A stretch of DNA of 64,000 nucleotides. It comes from Gammaproteobacteria bacterium. Lineage in GTDB: Bacteria; Pseudomonadota; Gammaproteobacteria; UBA4575. The DNA is taken from contig CBDCUI010000009.1 of assembly GCA_965222615.1 (NCBI GenBank), forward strand, positions 864,001 through 928,000, given 5' to 3'. Below, piece by piece: positions 45,974 through 54,906 of the stretch; within the stretch, counting starts at the first letter, position 1, and each line of letters begins with the position of its first letter. The translations under genes were made by a program, and so were the position numbers. The notes below the pieces were generated by a model. That model was not told the DNA's origin. It saw nothing but the letters and a program-made list of their open reading frames with translations, and searched no databases.

Positions 45974-47332
45974 TTATTGCAGTAATCGATGTATATCGTT
46001 ATAAAAAGCCAGGACCATTAAACCAGCCAACATAGCGATCCCTATACGCTGCCCCATCGCTTCAAATTGTTCTGATACTGGGCTACCTTTTATAATCTCA
46101 ATTATATAATAAAATAAATGTCCTCCATCGAGTACAGGTATTGGAAGTAAATTAAGTACACCAATGGCAATACTGATAAAGGCCAATGCCCCAACAAAGG
46201 CAGAAAATCCTATTGCCGCAGAGATACCAGCATATTCGGCAATCGTTATCGGTCCACTGATATTTTTCAGGGAAGCCTCACCGATGATCAGCTTCCACAA
46301 TAGCTTTAAGGTCAATATAGAGTAGTCCCAGGTTTCAATTACGCCTTTAGCAAGTGCCTCCATGGGGCCATAACGAACCATTACTCGATGCGCTTTGAGC
46401 TGTTCTTCATCAACAAATGGATAGGCTCCAATTCGCCCAATCGTTTTGCCATTTTGCTCTTGCGAATCTGGTACAAGATTAAATACTAAATGCTCAGCAT
46501 TACGTTCAACTGCAAGCTCAATAGAAACATCTGGTTTTGCTTGAATATATTTAACTAATTCAACCCAGGTCTCTACTTGTTTACCATCAACACTAATTAC
46601 ACGATCTCCAGGTTGAATCCCCGCAGATTTTGCAACGCCAGACTTAATCTCTCCAAAAATAGGTTTATATTGATATCTCCAGGGTGTGATACCAATTTTT
46701 TCTAATAAATTTCCTTCAGACAGTAGTTGCTTAGTATCACTCAAATCTAACGTTACTACTTTTTTATTGGTTTCCTTGTCTTGCACAGTTGCATGTACAA
46801 TGCCATTTTTTAACGCCTTATCTAACAATTGTATTGTAGTTTGTTGCCACGTCTGTACCGAAACATCTTCCACAGACACAAAACTTTGATTCGGAGTTAT
46901 TTGCGCTTGTTCTGCAATACTACCCGCTTGCACTTCACCTACCGTAGGTTTAACCCCATCAACTCCAACTATAAAAGTTAGCCAATAAGCTAATATTGCA
47001 AAAATAAAATTGAATATTGGTCCAGCTGAAACAATTGCGAATCTTTTCCATACAGGTTGTCGATTAAAAGCACGATGTACTTCACTCTCTTGCACTTCAC
47101 CTTCGCGCTCATCCAACATTTTCACATAGCCACCAAGTGGAATACTGGCAACGACATATTCCGTGTTATCCATTCCAGCCAATCTTTTAAACAGTGGCTT
47201 TCCAAACCCTACAGAAAAGCGCAAGACTTTGACACCAAGCTTTTTAGCAACCCAATAATGTCCAAATTCATGCACTGTCACAATAATGCTAACAGCAATA
47301 ATAAAGGCTAATATATATGTCAACATTTCCAC
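45974..47332 (-). CDS. rseP: Intramembrane zinc protease RseP
   Basis: HEFGH, PDZ region and NLLPIPVLDGG. Confidence 0.96.
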   Translation of the reverse strand: MEMLTYILAFIIAVSIIVTVHEFGHYWVAKKLGVKVLRFSVGFGKPLFKRLAGMDNTEYVVASIPLGGYVKMLDEREGEVQESEVHRAFNRQPVWKRFAIVSAGPIFNFIFAILAYWLTFIVGVDGVKPTVGEVQAGSIAEQAQITPNQSFVSVEDVSVQTWQQTTIQLLDKALKNGIVHATVQDKETNKKVVTLDLSDTKQLLSEGNLLEKIGITPWRYQYKPIFGEIKSGVAKSAGIQPGDRVISVDGKQVETWVELVKYIQAKPDVSIELAVERNAEHLVFNLVPDSQEQNGKTIGRIGAYPFVDEEQLKAHRVMVRYGPMEALAKGVIETWDYSILTLKLLWKLIIGEASLKNISGPITIAEYAGISAAIGFSAFVGALAFISIAIGVLNLLPIPVLDGGHLFYYIIEIIKGSPVSEQFEAMGQRIGIAMLAGLMVLAFYNDIHRLLQ

Positions 47333-47334
47333 AA

Positions 47335-48552
47335 TTAATGCCTCAACAAGGATTGATTAATAAAGTTTTGCGCATAAAGTCGCGCTTGTTCGTCTATTGC
47401 AAATACTAATTCCAGATCATGCACATCTTCATGATCTAAATTTTGTAACACGGCATCGATTACTGTAGGAATATCTGTAAAACTTATTTTATTATTTAAG
47501 AAGTTATCTACTGCGATTTCATTTGCAGCACTCAATACAGTTGTAGCGCTTTGTGCAGCATGCAATGCATCATAGGCTAATTGCAAACATGGAAACCGAT
47601 TTAAATCTGGACTAATAAACTCAAATTTACCTATCTTGGTCAAATCCATGGTATTTACTCCTGAGCTTATTCGCTGCGGCCAAGCTAGAGCATGCGCAAT
47701 AGGAACGCGCATATCCGGATGCGCTAAATGTGCCAACAAAGATCCATCAGGATATGCAACTAATGAATGAATAATAGATTGTGGATGAATCACAACTTCA
47801 ATATCCGAATAATTTTTTTTGAATAACTTACACGCTTCAATAACCTCAAGTCCTTTATTCATCATCGTGGCCGAATCTACAGATATTTTCTTACCCATCT
47901 TCCAATTGGGATGGGCACAGGCTTCATCTGGAGTAATATCTTTAAATTCCTCTAAAGGCTTATACAAAAATGGCCCACCAGATGCGGTCAGTATAATTTT
48001 CTCAACTGTAGTGTTTTCACCGTTTTTTGGTAGACACTGAAATACGGCATTATGTTCACTATCTATCGGCAATATTAATGAATTATTATTTTCAACGACT
48101 TCCATCAACAAGTTACCTGACATTACCAATGCCTCTTTGTTGGCAAGTAAAATCCTTTTACCTGCTTTTGCCGCAGCAAGTGTAGCCGATAAACCTGCAG
48201 CACCAACAATTGCTGCCATCACAAAATCCACCTCTGCCAAACTGGCTACTACTTCTAGCCCTTCTCTACCAGATAGAATTTCTGGCTTCAGCTTAGTATT
48301 AGTAAATTTAGCATTAAACTCATCAACCAAATTCTCATTTACAACTACTGCTACTTTAGGATGAAATTGCAAACATTGCTGATACAAAAGATCGATTTGA
48401 TTATTTGTCGTAAGCGCAGTTACAGAAAATTTTGTAGGGTGTTGCTTTATTACATCCAATGTATTTACACCCACAGAGCCAGTCGCTCCCAATATAGAAA
48501 TATTTACCACATCATCTAATGTGGGTTCTTGAATTGCCGTCAGTTCAATCAT
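47335..48552 (-). CDS. dxr: 1-deoxy-D-xylulose 5-phosphate reductoisomerase
   Basis: LGATGSVG, LANKE, PIDSEH and HPNWKMG motifs. Confidence 0.97.
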   Translation of the reverse strand: MIELTAIQEPTLDDVVNISILGATGSVGVNTLDVIKQHPTKFSVTALTTNNQIDLLYQQCLQFHPKVAVVVNENLVDEFNAKFTNTKLKPEILSGREGLEVVASLAEVDFVMAAIVGAAGLSATLAAAKAGKRILLANKEALVMSGNLLMEVVENNNSLILPIDSEHNAVFQCLPKNGENTTVEKIILTASGGPFLYKPLEEFKDITPDEACAHPNWKMGKKISVDSATMMNKGLEVIEACKLFKKNYSDIEVVIHPQSIIHSLVAYPDGSLLAHLAHPDMRVPIAHALAWPQRISSGVNTMDLTKIGKFEFISPDLNRFPCLQLAYDALHAAQSATTVLSAANEIAVDNFLNNKISFTDIPTVIDAVLQNLDHEDVHDLELVFAIDEQARLYAQNFINQSLLRH

Positions 48553-49355
48553 GTTACCCAGTATAATCCAAGTGCAAATCCAGGGGCAGCCGCCGTTAAA
48601 CTATCAATTCTATCCAACACACCACCATGGCCTGGCAATAATACTCCACTATCCTTTACTCCAGCTTTTCTTTTTAACAAACTTTCATATAAGTCCCCAA
48701 CTACTGATATTAATGCCGTGAGTAAACATAAACATCCAAAATAAAACCAAACATTTTTACTCAACTCAAATAGATAGACACCAACCATGGCTACAATGAC
48801 TGATGCGGCTAATGCTCCCCATAAACCTTCCCGCGACTTTCCGGGACTGAGTTCAGGCGCCAATTTCGTTTTACCAAATCGCTTTCCTACAAAATAAGCG
48901 GCAATATCTGCAACCCAGATTAACACTAGTAAATACATCAAAATGATTGGGCCCTGTTTATGCAAAATTGTAAGCGCAAGCCATGCAGGCACCAATACTA
49001 TAAAACCCGAAAACTCTAATAGATATTGCAACCAGCTTGCTTGCAACCAATTTGATTCAAACACTGCAAGCAACATTACGACTAGCGCCCACCACAACCC
49101 TGCAACAAACAAAATAATTCTTATATGTTGTGACTCGGCAAATAACCAAGTGACTAACAACAATGCAGCCATGAATACAACATAAATAATTCTTCGTATT
49201 AGATTATTCGGTTCAACCAAGTTGGCCCATTCCCAAGCACCTAACAGAGTAATGATTGCAAACAACAGAGCAAGCCAATGATTTGGCAATTTAAACACCG
49301 ACAGTACAATAGCCGCCCCAAGTATAACTGCCGTAATTACACGTTGTTTTAGCAT
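48549..49355 (-). CDS. cdsA: Phosphatidate cytidylyltransferase
   Basis: SPGKSREG and KDSG.LLPGHGGVLDRIDS motifs. Confidence 0.96.
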   Translation of the reverse strand: MLKQRVITAVILGAAIVLSVFKLPNHWLALLFAIITLLGAWEWANLVEPNNLIRRIIYVVFMAALLLVTWLFAESQHIRIILFVAGLWWALVVMLLAVFESNWLQASWLQYLLEFSGFIVLVPAWLALTILHKQGPIILMYLLVLIWVADIAAYFVGKRFGKTKLAPELSPGKSREGLWGALAASVIVAMVGVYLFELSKNVWFYFGCLCLLTALISVVGDLYESLLKRKAGVKDSGVLLPGHGGVLDRIDSLTAAAPGFALGLYWVT

Positions 49356-49357
49356 GA

Positions 49358-50083
49358 CTAGCCTAGTATTTGTTCTTGAGTTTGACCAAATCTTCTCTGT
49401 CGAAGCCTATAGCTATCAAATGCTTTCTCTAATTCTTTTTTATCAAAATCTGGCCACAGCACATCGCAAAAATATAATTCCGTGTATGCCAACTGCCACA
49501 ACAAAAAATTACTGATGCGCTGCTCACCTCCAGTACGAATAAATAAATCAGGCGGAGGTATATTTTTAGTGGACAGGGCTTTTTCAAGAGTATTTTCAGT
49601 TATGTCCTCGAGCTGTAACTTTCCTTGTTGCACATCTTGGATTGTCTTTTTTGCAGCCTCTACGATATCCCACTTCCCGCCATAGTTTGCAGCTACATTT
49701 AAAAACAATTTATCATTTGAAGAAGTTCGTGTCTCCGCGTCTTGAATTTGCTCTTGCAACTTCTTTGAGAAACCATCTTTTTGGCCAAGGAATTGTAGGC
49801 ATACCCCATTGTCATTAAGATCTTTAACTTCATTTTTAAGTGATTGCATAAATAAATCCATTAAAGCAGAGACTTCATTTTTTGGTCTTTGCCAATTTTC
49901 ACTACTGAACGCAAATAAAGTTAAATACTTAACACCAGCTTCCCCACTTGCTTTAATAATTTCTTGAGTTGCATCCACACCCTGTTTGTGACCAGCTGTG
50001 CGCGGGAGTTTGTGCTGTTTTGCCCATCTGCCATTACCATCCATAATAATAGCAACATGTGTTGGAACTAATTCATTAGACAT
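49358..50083 (-). CDS. uppS: Undecaprenyl diphosphate synthase
   Basis: IIMDGNGRWA, FSSENW and RTGGEQRISNFLLWQ motifs. Confidence 0.97.
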   Translation of the reverse strand: MSNELVPTHVAIIMDGNGRWAKQHKLPRTAGHKQGVDATQEIIKASGEAGVKYLTLFAFSSENWQRPKNEVSALMDLFMQSLKNEVKDLNDNGVCLQFLGQKDGFSKKLQEQIQDAETRTSSNDKLFLNVAANYGGKWDIVEAAKKTIQDVQQGKLQLEDITENTLEKALSTKNIPPPDLFIRTGGEQRISNFLLWQLAYTELYFCDVLWPDFDKKELEKAFDSYRLRQRRFGQTQEQILG

Positions 50084-50111
50084 CTCAGGCCTAGCAAGCT
50101 GGTGCAGTAAA

Positions 50112-50327
50112 GAGGAAGCTTTGATTTATTAGCCCATAACATAAATGTGCACGGCTAAGACAAGGCAAAAAATGTTGAGACAAATTTGCCGGGAGCAAAT
50201 TTGGGAAGCTTTGCTAGCCGTATGCCGAACACCAGGATGGTGTGAGTCAAAGCAGAGTTTACATGTGAGTAAATGAGCATTTTGAAACATTTTTTAACGA
50301 CGTATTAGAATAAATCAGAGCTTCCTC
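50112..50327. mobile_element. MITE-like structured repeat, end type A, copy 3 (long form, opposite orientation to copies 1 and 2)
   Basis: Terminal repeats gaggaagctttgatttatt / aataaatcagagcttcctc; nested module at 50179-50248; the right end overlaps the frr stop codon. Confidence 0.88.
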
Positions 50328-50883
50328 AAACTTCCATAAGATCTTTTTCTTTTTCATCCAGTATAGTTTCAATTTCTTTAATAAACTGATCAGTTAATTT
50401 TTGAATTTCATCTTGTGCTTGATGTTCTTCGTCTTCTGAAATTTCTTTTTCTTTTAAAAGTTCCTTAAAATCCGCATTAGCATCTCGGCGAATATTACGA
50501 ATTGCAACTCGGCCTTTTTCTGCTTCTTGCTTCACAACTTTAACTAAATCCTTACGCCTTTCTTCTGTCAGTGGCGGCATGATTACTCTGATTACGTTAC
50601 CTGCAGTGGTAGGATTAAGCCCAAGATCTGAACTCATAATAGCTTTCTCTAGCACCGGCACTAAAGATCTTTCCCAAGGTGTGATAGCTATGGTGCGTGC
50701 ATCTTCTACTGCGACGGTTGCTGCCTGATTAATGGGGACTTCGTTGCCGTAGTATTCCACCATTACATGATCTAATAACCGTGCATTTGCACGGCCTGTA
50801 CGAATTTTAGAAAGCTCATTGGACAGTGCATCAATACTTTTACGCATGCGTTCTTTTGCATCTTTCTTGATATCTTCAATCAC
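50326..50883 (-). CDS. frr: Ribosome recycling factor
   Basis: [16 protein letters not shown] and [10 protein letters not shown] motifs. Confidence 0.98.
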   Translation of the reverse strand: MIEDIKKDAKERMRKSIDALSNELSKIRTGRANARLLDHVMVEYYGNEVPINQAATVAVEDARTIAITPWERSLVPVLEKAIMSSDLGLNPTTAGNVIRVIMPPLTEERRKDLVKVVKQEAEKGRVAIRNIRRDANADFKELLKEKEISEDEEHQAQDEIQKLTDQFIKEIETILDEKEKDLMEV

Positions 50884-50885
50884 GT

Positions 50886-51611
50886 TTATACTCCTGTCAC
50901 CACAGTCCCGATCGTTTCGCCCTGGATTATTTTTGTAAGATCGCCCTCATTAAATAAATTAAACACACGTAACGGGATATTATTGTCTCTGCATAGCACT
51001 AATGCCGTGGCATCCATCACTGCAAGTTTTTTATTTATTGCATCATCAAAATTAATTTCTTCATACATCACCGCATTTGGATTTTTATGTGGATCATCAT
51101 CATAGACTCCATCTACTTTAGTTGCTTTAAGCATGATATCGGCATTGATTTCCGAGGCACGCAAGCTTGCTGCAGAATCGGTTGTGAAATATGGATTACC
51201 TGTCCCAGCAGCAAATACTACTACTCTACCTTTCTCTAGATGTCGAATCGCACGTCTACGTATATAGTCTTCACAAACCTGATTAATTTTTACTGCAGAC
51301 ATTACTCGACAATATACTCCCAAATTCTCCAACGCATCCTGTAATGCCAAACTATTCATTACCGTTGCCAACATACCCATGTGATCCGCTGTCACTCGAT
51401 CCATACCAGCCTGAGCTAAGCCAGCACCACGAAAAATATTACCACCACCAATCACTATCGCTACCTCAACTCCGAGTTGAGTGACATGTACAATCTCTTT
51501 GGCAATACGCGTGATAACTTCGGGATCGATCCCATAATCATACTTCCCCATAAGCGCTTCGCCACTGAGCTTCAATAAAATTCGTTTATATTTAATATTT
51601 GTACTCGTCAT
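50886..51611 (-). CDS. pyrH: Uridylate kinase
   Basis: [17 protein letters not shown] and GNPYFTTD motifs. Confidence 0.98.
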   Translation of the reverse strand: MTSTNIKYKRILLKLSGEALMGKYDYGIDPEVITRIAKEIVHVTQLGVEVAIVIGGGNIFRGAGLAQAGMDRVTADHMGMLATVMNSLALQDALENLGVYCRVMSAVKINQVCEDYIRRRAIRHLEKGRVVVFAAGTGNPYFTTDSAASLRASEINADIMLKATKVDGVYDDDPHKNPNAVMYEEINFDDAINKKLAVMDATALVLCRDNNIPLRVFNLFNEGDLTKIIQGETIGTVVTGV

Positions 51612-51625
51612 ATTATTTTAGGTAT

Positions 51626-51652
51626 AAAAAAAGGGGCGATGCCCCTTTTTTT
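51626..51652 (-). terminator. Intrinsic terminator after tsf
   Basis: aaaaaaa-ggggc-gat-gcccc-ttttttt hairpin about 10 nt past the tsf stop. Confidence 0.8.
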
Positions 51653-51662
51653 AAATATCATC

Positions 51663-52550
51663 CTAATCATCTTCGCTCTGTTTAACTTGTGCCATGACTT
51701 CATCGGCAAAGTTTTCTGATCTTTTCTCTAGACCCTCACCTACTTCAAAGCGAATAAATCTATGCACCGAGGCACTAGCGTTTTTGAGATATTTCTCAAC
51801 CGACTGGCTATCATCTTTAACAAATGGCTGACCCAATAAAGTACTTTCTTTAATAAATTTATTCACTTTACCTTGTACCATTTTTTCGACGATTTCTGGT
51901 GGCTTACCACTTGCATCGGCCTGTGCCTTTGCAATATCTCTTTCCTTATCTAATATATCACTTGGCACTTCGTCAGCACTTACACAAATTGGATTTACTG
52001 CAGCAATATGCATCGCGATATCTTTGCCAAGCGCTTCATCTCCACCAGAGTAATCAACCAATACCCCAATACGTTTACCATGCGCATAGCTTGCCATTAC
52101 ACCCTCTGCATTTTGTTTTTCAAAACGTCTAACCTGGATGTTTTCGCCAATTTTAGTCACTAACTCTAAGCGTGTTTGTTCGACTAATTGCCCCGTATTC
52201 ATAGATGTTTTATTTAACTCATCAACCGAATTCAAATCATTTGCAAGTACTATATCTGCTAATTGCTTGGTAAATGCTTGGAACTGATCGTCTTTAGCAA
52301 CAAAATCAGTTTCACAATTAACTTCTACAATTGATGCCTGCTTTCCATCCTTTGACACGGCAATCGCAATAGCGCCTTCGGCTGCAATACGACCAGCTTT
52401 TTTATCCGCTTTGGCCTGACCTGATTTACGCATCTGTTCTATAGCAGCTTCCATGTCTCCACTACTATTGGTCAAGGCTTTTTTACATTCCATCATGCCT
52501 GCACCTGTACGTTCACGCAGCTCTTTAACCATTGTTGCTGTAATTTGCAT
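51663..52550 (-). CDS. tsf: Elongation factor Ts
   Basis: VKELRERTGAGMMECKKAL and NCETDFVA motifs. Confidence 0.98.
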   Translation of the reverse strand: MQITATMVKELRERTGAGMMECKKALTNSSGDMEAAIEQMRKSGQAKADKKAGRIAAEGAIAIAVSKDGKQASIVEVNCETDFVAKDDQFQAFTKQLADIVLANDLNSVDELNKTSMNTGQLVEQTRLELVTKIGENIQVRRFEKQNAEGVMASYAHGKRIGVLVDYSGGDEALGKDIAMHIAAVNPICVSADEVPSDILDKERDIAKAQADASGKPPEIVEKMVQGKVNKFIKESTLLGQPFVKDDSQSVEKYLKNASASVHRFIRFEVGEGLEKRSENFADEVMAQVKQSEDD

Positions 52551-52595
52551 TATTCTTCCTAAATCTATTTTTGTGTGTGAGTAATAAAACTGTAC

Positions 52596-53855
52596 TTAAA
52601 ATGAAAGCTTGGCTGGCAATGACTTTGCTTGAGTAATCCAAGCTTCTATCTCAGTTTTTTCCGGAACGTTTGGCGCAAGTGACTTTTCCTTATTAGTTGC
52701 TTTGAGCTTCTTTAGCACATCATTAGCATCTGCACTTGCCAACTCATCGACAGAACTAAATCCACTCACTTCTAATAATTCAGCTTGGTTACCGCTAACC
52801 CCAGATAGACGAAAGAAATCGCTCATCTTTGCCCAGCGCTGAATTGATTTTTCACTCAAACCTGAAGACTCCGCACACTTAGCACGGGCATCAGGTGTCA
52901 CACATGCCTCTAATAATTTACCTACAGTAGTAATACCAATTTTCCCCAGGGCATCGGCATATTTAGGCCCGATACCTTCAATGTCAGTGATATTTACGCT
53001 GTCATCGATATTAGATTTTACGGTATCTTTTTTTACAGGACTTTGCTTAGTAGATTTTTTCTTAACCGTTATCTTTTGCTTTGGTTTACTTTTTGTTTTT
53101 TCGTCTGCCTCGGCAACTTTTCCCGTATCATCGATTTCTACGAAATCGTCTTCGTCTCCCGACATGATACGTGAGCTTTCTTTACCCTCTATTATGGCGT
53201 CAGCAATATGCGAGGTATATAACTTGATTGCACGTATAGCGTCATCATTACCAGGTATCACATAATCAACACCATCTACTTTATTGTTGCTATCTACAAT
53301 AGCGACTACAGGAATTCCAAGTTTGTTTGCCTCATTTACTGCAATCGCCTCATAACCTACATCAATCACAAACAAGACATCGGGTAAACCTGATATATTT
53401 TTTATGCCGCCTAAGCTGCGATCCAACTTAAAGAGCTCACGTTTCAAAAGTAATACTTCTTTTTTACTTAACCGCTCTATTCCATCACCACTTGCAGTTT
53501 GTTCAAGGTCATGCAACCGTTGAATTGATTTTTTAACAGTATTAAAGTTGGTTAACATTCCACCTAACCAACGATGATTGACATATGGCATTCCACATCG
53601 AATTGCCTCTTCTCGTATCACATCTCTTGCGGAACGCTTAGTACCAACAAATAAAATAGAACCCTTATTAGCCGCCATATTTCCTAAAAATGTTGCGGCC
53701 TCAAGAAACATCGGCAATGTTTTCTCAAGGTTAATAATGTGGATCTTATTTCGTTCACCGAAAATATAAGGACTCATTTTCGGATTCCAGTATCGGGTTT
53801 GATGCCCGAAATGCACGCCTGCTTCTAGCATCTGACGCATTGTGACATTCGCCAT
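52596..53855 (-). CDS. rpsB: 30S ribosomal protein S2 with a K-rich linker and fused C-terminal DUF4332-like domain
   Basis: S2 motifs [18 protein letters not shown] and PGNDDAIRA in the first ~225 aa; continuous ORF to 419 aa containing [10 protein letters not shown]...W. Confidence 0.95.
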   Translation of the reverse strand: MANVTMRQMLEAGVHFGHQTRYWNPKMSPYIFGERNKIHIINLEKTLPMFLEAATFLGNMAANKGSILFVGTKRSARDVIREEAIRCGMPYVNHRWLGGMLTNFNTVKKSIQRLHDLEQTASGDGIERLSKKEVLLLKRELFKLDRSLGGIKNISGLPDVLFVIDVGYEAIAVNEANKLGIPVVAIVDSNNKVDGVDYVIPGNDDAIRAIKLYTSHIADAIIEGKESSRIMSGDEDDFVEIDDTGKVAEADEKTKSKPKQKITVKKKSTKQSPVKKDTVKSNIDDSVNITDIEGIGPKYADALGKIGITTVGKLLEACVTPDARAKCAESSGLSEKSIQRWAKMSDFFRLSGVSGNQAELLEVSGFSSVDELASADANDVLKKLKATNKEKSLAPNVPEKTEIEAWITQAKSLPAKLSF

Positions 53856-53871
53856 GATATGTAATGCTCCT

Positions 53872-53950
53872 ATGGGTTATACCTCCGCGCACCCCATGTG
53901 GAAACTCTTATACGAGCACCCAACCACATGTGACGATACGCGTGTGGATT
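53872..53950 (-). ncRNA. t44 / rpsB leader (S2 autoregulatory RNA)
   Basis: Minus strand reads cacacgcgtatcgtcacatgtggttgggtgc...cacatggggtgcgcggaggtataaccc, directly upstream of rpsB, as in the t44 family. Confidence 0.82.
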
Positions 53951-54000
53951 ATATGAGAATCTGAATAATTCAGATTCTACTTAAAAGTGTATTTGCGCTG

Positions 54001-54020
54001 AGCGCGGGCGCTTTATAACA
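54001..54020 (-). promoter_or_regulatory. Extended -10 promoter of rpsB-tsf with GC-rich discriminator
   Basis: TGtTATAAAgcgcccgcgc on the minus strand, like the conserved gammaproteobacterial rpsB promoter. Confidence 0.7.
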
Positions 54021-54090
54021 TGATTAGTCATTAGGAACAATCACTTAAGCAATTATTCACTCACCTGCTGCAGCTTAGCTTCAAACTACA

Positions 54091-54858
54091 ATGAACGTCA
54101 CTATCAAATCCCTTGAAGAAATCAAAAAAATGCGGGTTGCCGGCAAACTAGCATCTGAAGTACTGGAAATGATTGAGTCGCATGTTGTAACCGGTATCAG
54201 CACAGACGAGCTAGACAGTATCTGCCACGAATACATCGTCAATGAACTTAACGCCATTCCTGCACCACTTAATTATCGTGGATTTCCTAAATCGATATGC
54301 ACCTCCGTAAATCACCAGGTTTGTCATGGTATTCCGGGAAATCGCACGCTTAAAAATGGTGATATTCTGAATATCGACATCACCATCATAAAAGATGGCT
54401 TCCATGGGGACACCAGTAAAATGTTCTTTATTGGCAAACCGACAGTACGAGCAAAACGTCTTGTAGAACTCACTTATAAAGCATTAAAAATTGGTATACA
54501 GCATGTACAACCCGGTGCAAAACTTGGTGACATTGGCCATGCCATTCAAAGCTTTGTAGAAAAAAATCGATGCTCTGTGGTACGTGAATATTGTGGGCAT
54601 GGAATTGGTCGCATGTTTCATGAAGACCCTCAAATCCTTCATTATGGCAAACCCCATACTGGCTTGGAGTTAAATCCTGGAATGACCTTCACAATCGAGC
54701 CTATGGTAAATGCGGGGAAACGGAATGTTCGTCTTTTGCCCGATGGCTGGACTGTTGTCACCAAAGACCACAGCTTATCTGCACAATGGGAGCACACTGT
54801 TCTAGTCACAGATAATGGCTATGAAGTACTAACACTGCGTAGCGATGAAAACTTATAA
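54091..54858 (+). CDS. map: Methionine aminopeptidase
   Basis: VCHGIP, NIDIT, GHGIG, FTIEPM and QWEHT motifs. Confidence 0.98.
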   Translation: MNVTIKSLEEIKKMRVAGKLASEVLEMIESHVVTGISTDELDSICHEYIVNELNAIPAPLNYRGFPKSICTSVNHQVCHGIPGNRTLKNGDILNIDITIIKDGFHGDTSKMFFIGKPTVRAKRLVELTYKALKIGIQHVQPGAKLGDIGHAIQSFVEKNRCSVVREYCGHGIGRMFHEDPQILHYGKPHTGLELNPGMTFTIEPMVNAGKRNVRLLPDGWTVVTKDHSLSAQWEHTVLVTDNGYEVLTLRSDENL

Positions 54859-54906
54859 GTGACCAGAAAAATTTTCAAAATTAATTTTTAAAATGTATTT
54901 ATATAA

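Noticed and set aside
54871-54896. AT-only near-palindrome between map and glnD
   Set aside because: Low complexity; expected by chance in this base composition.
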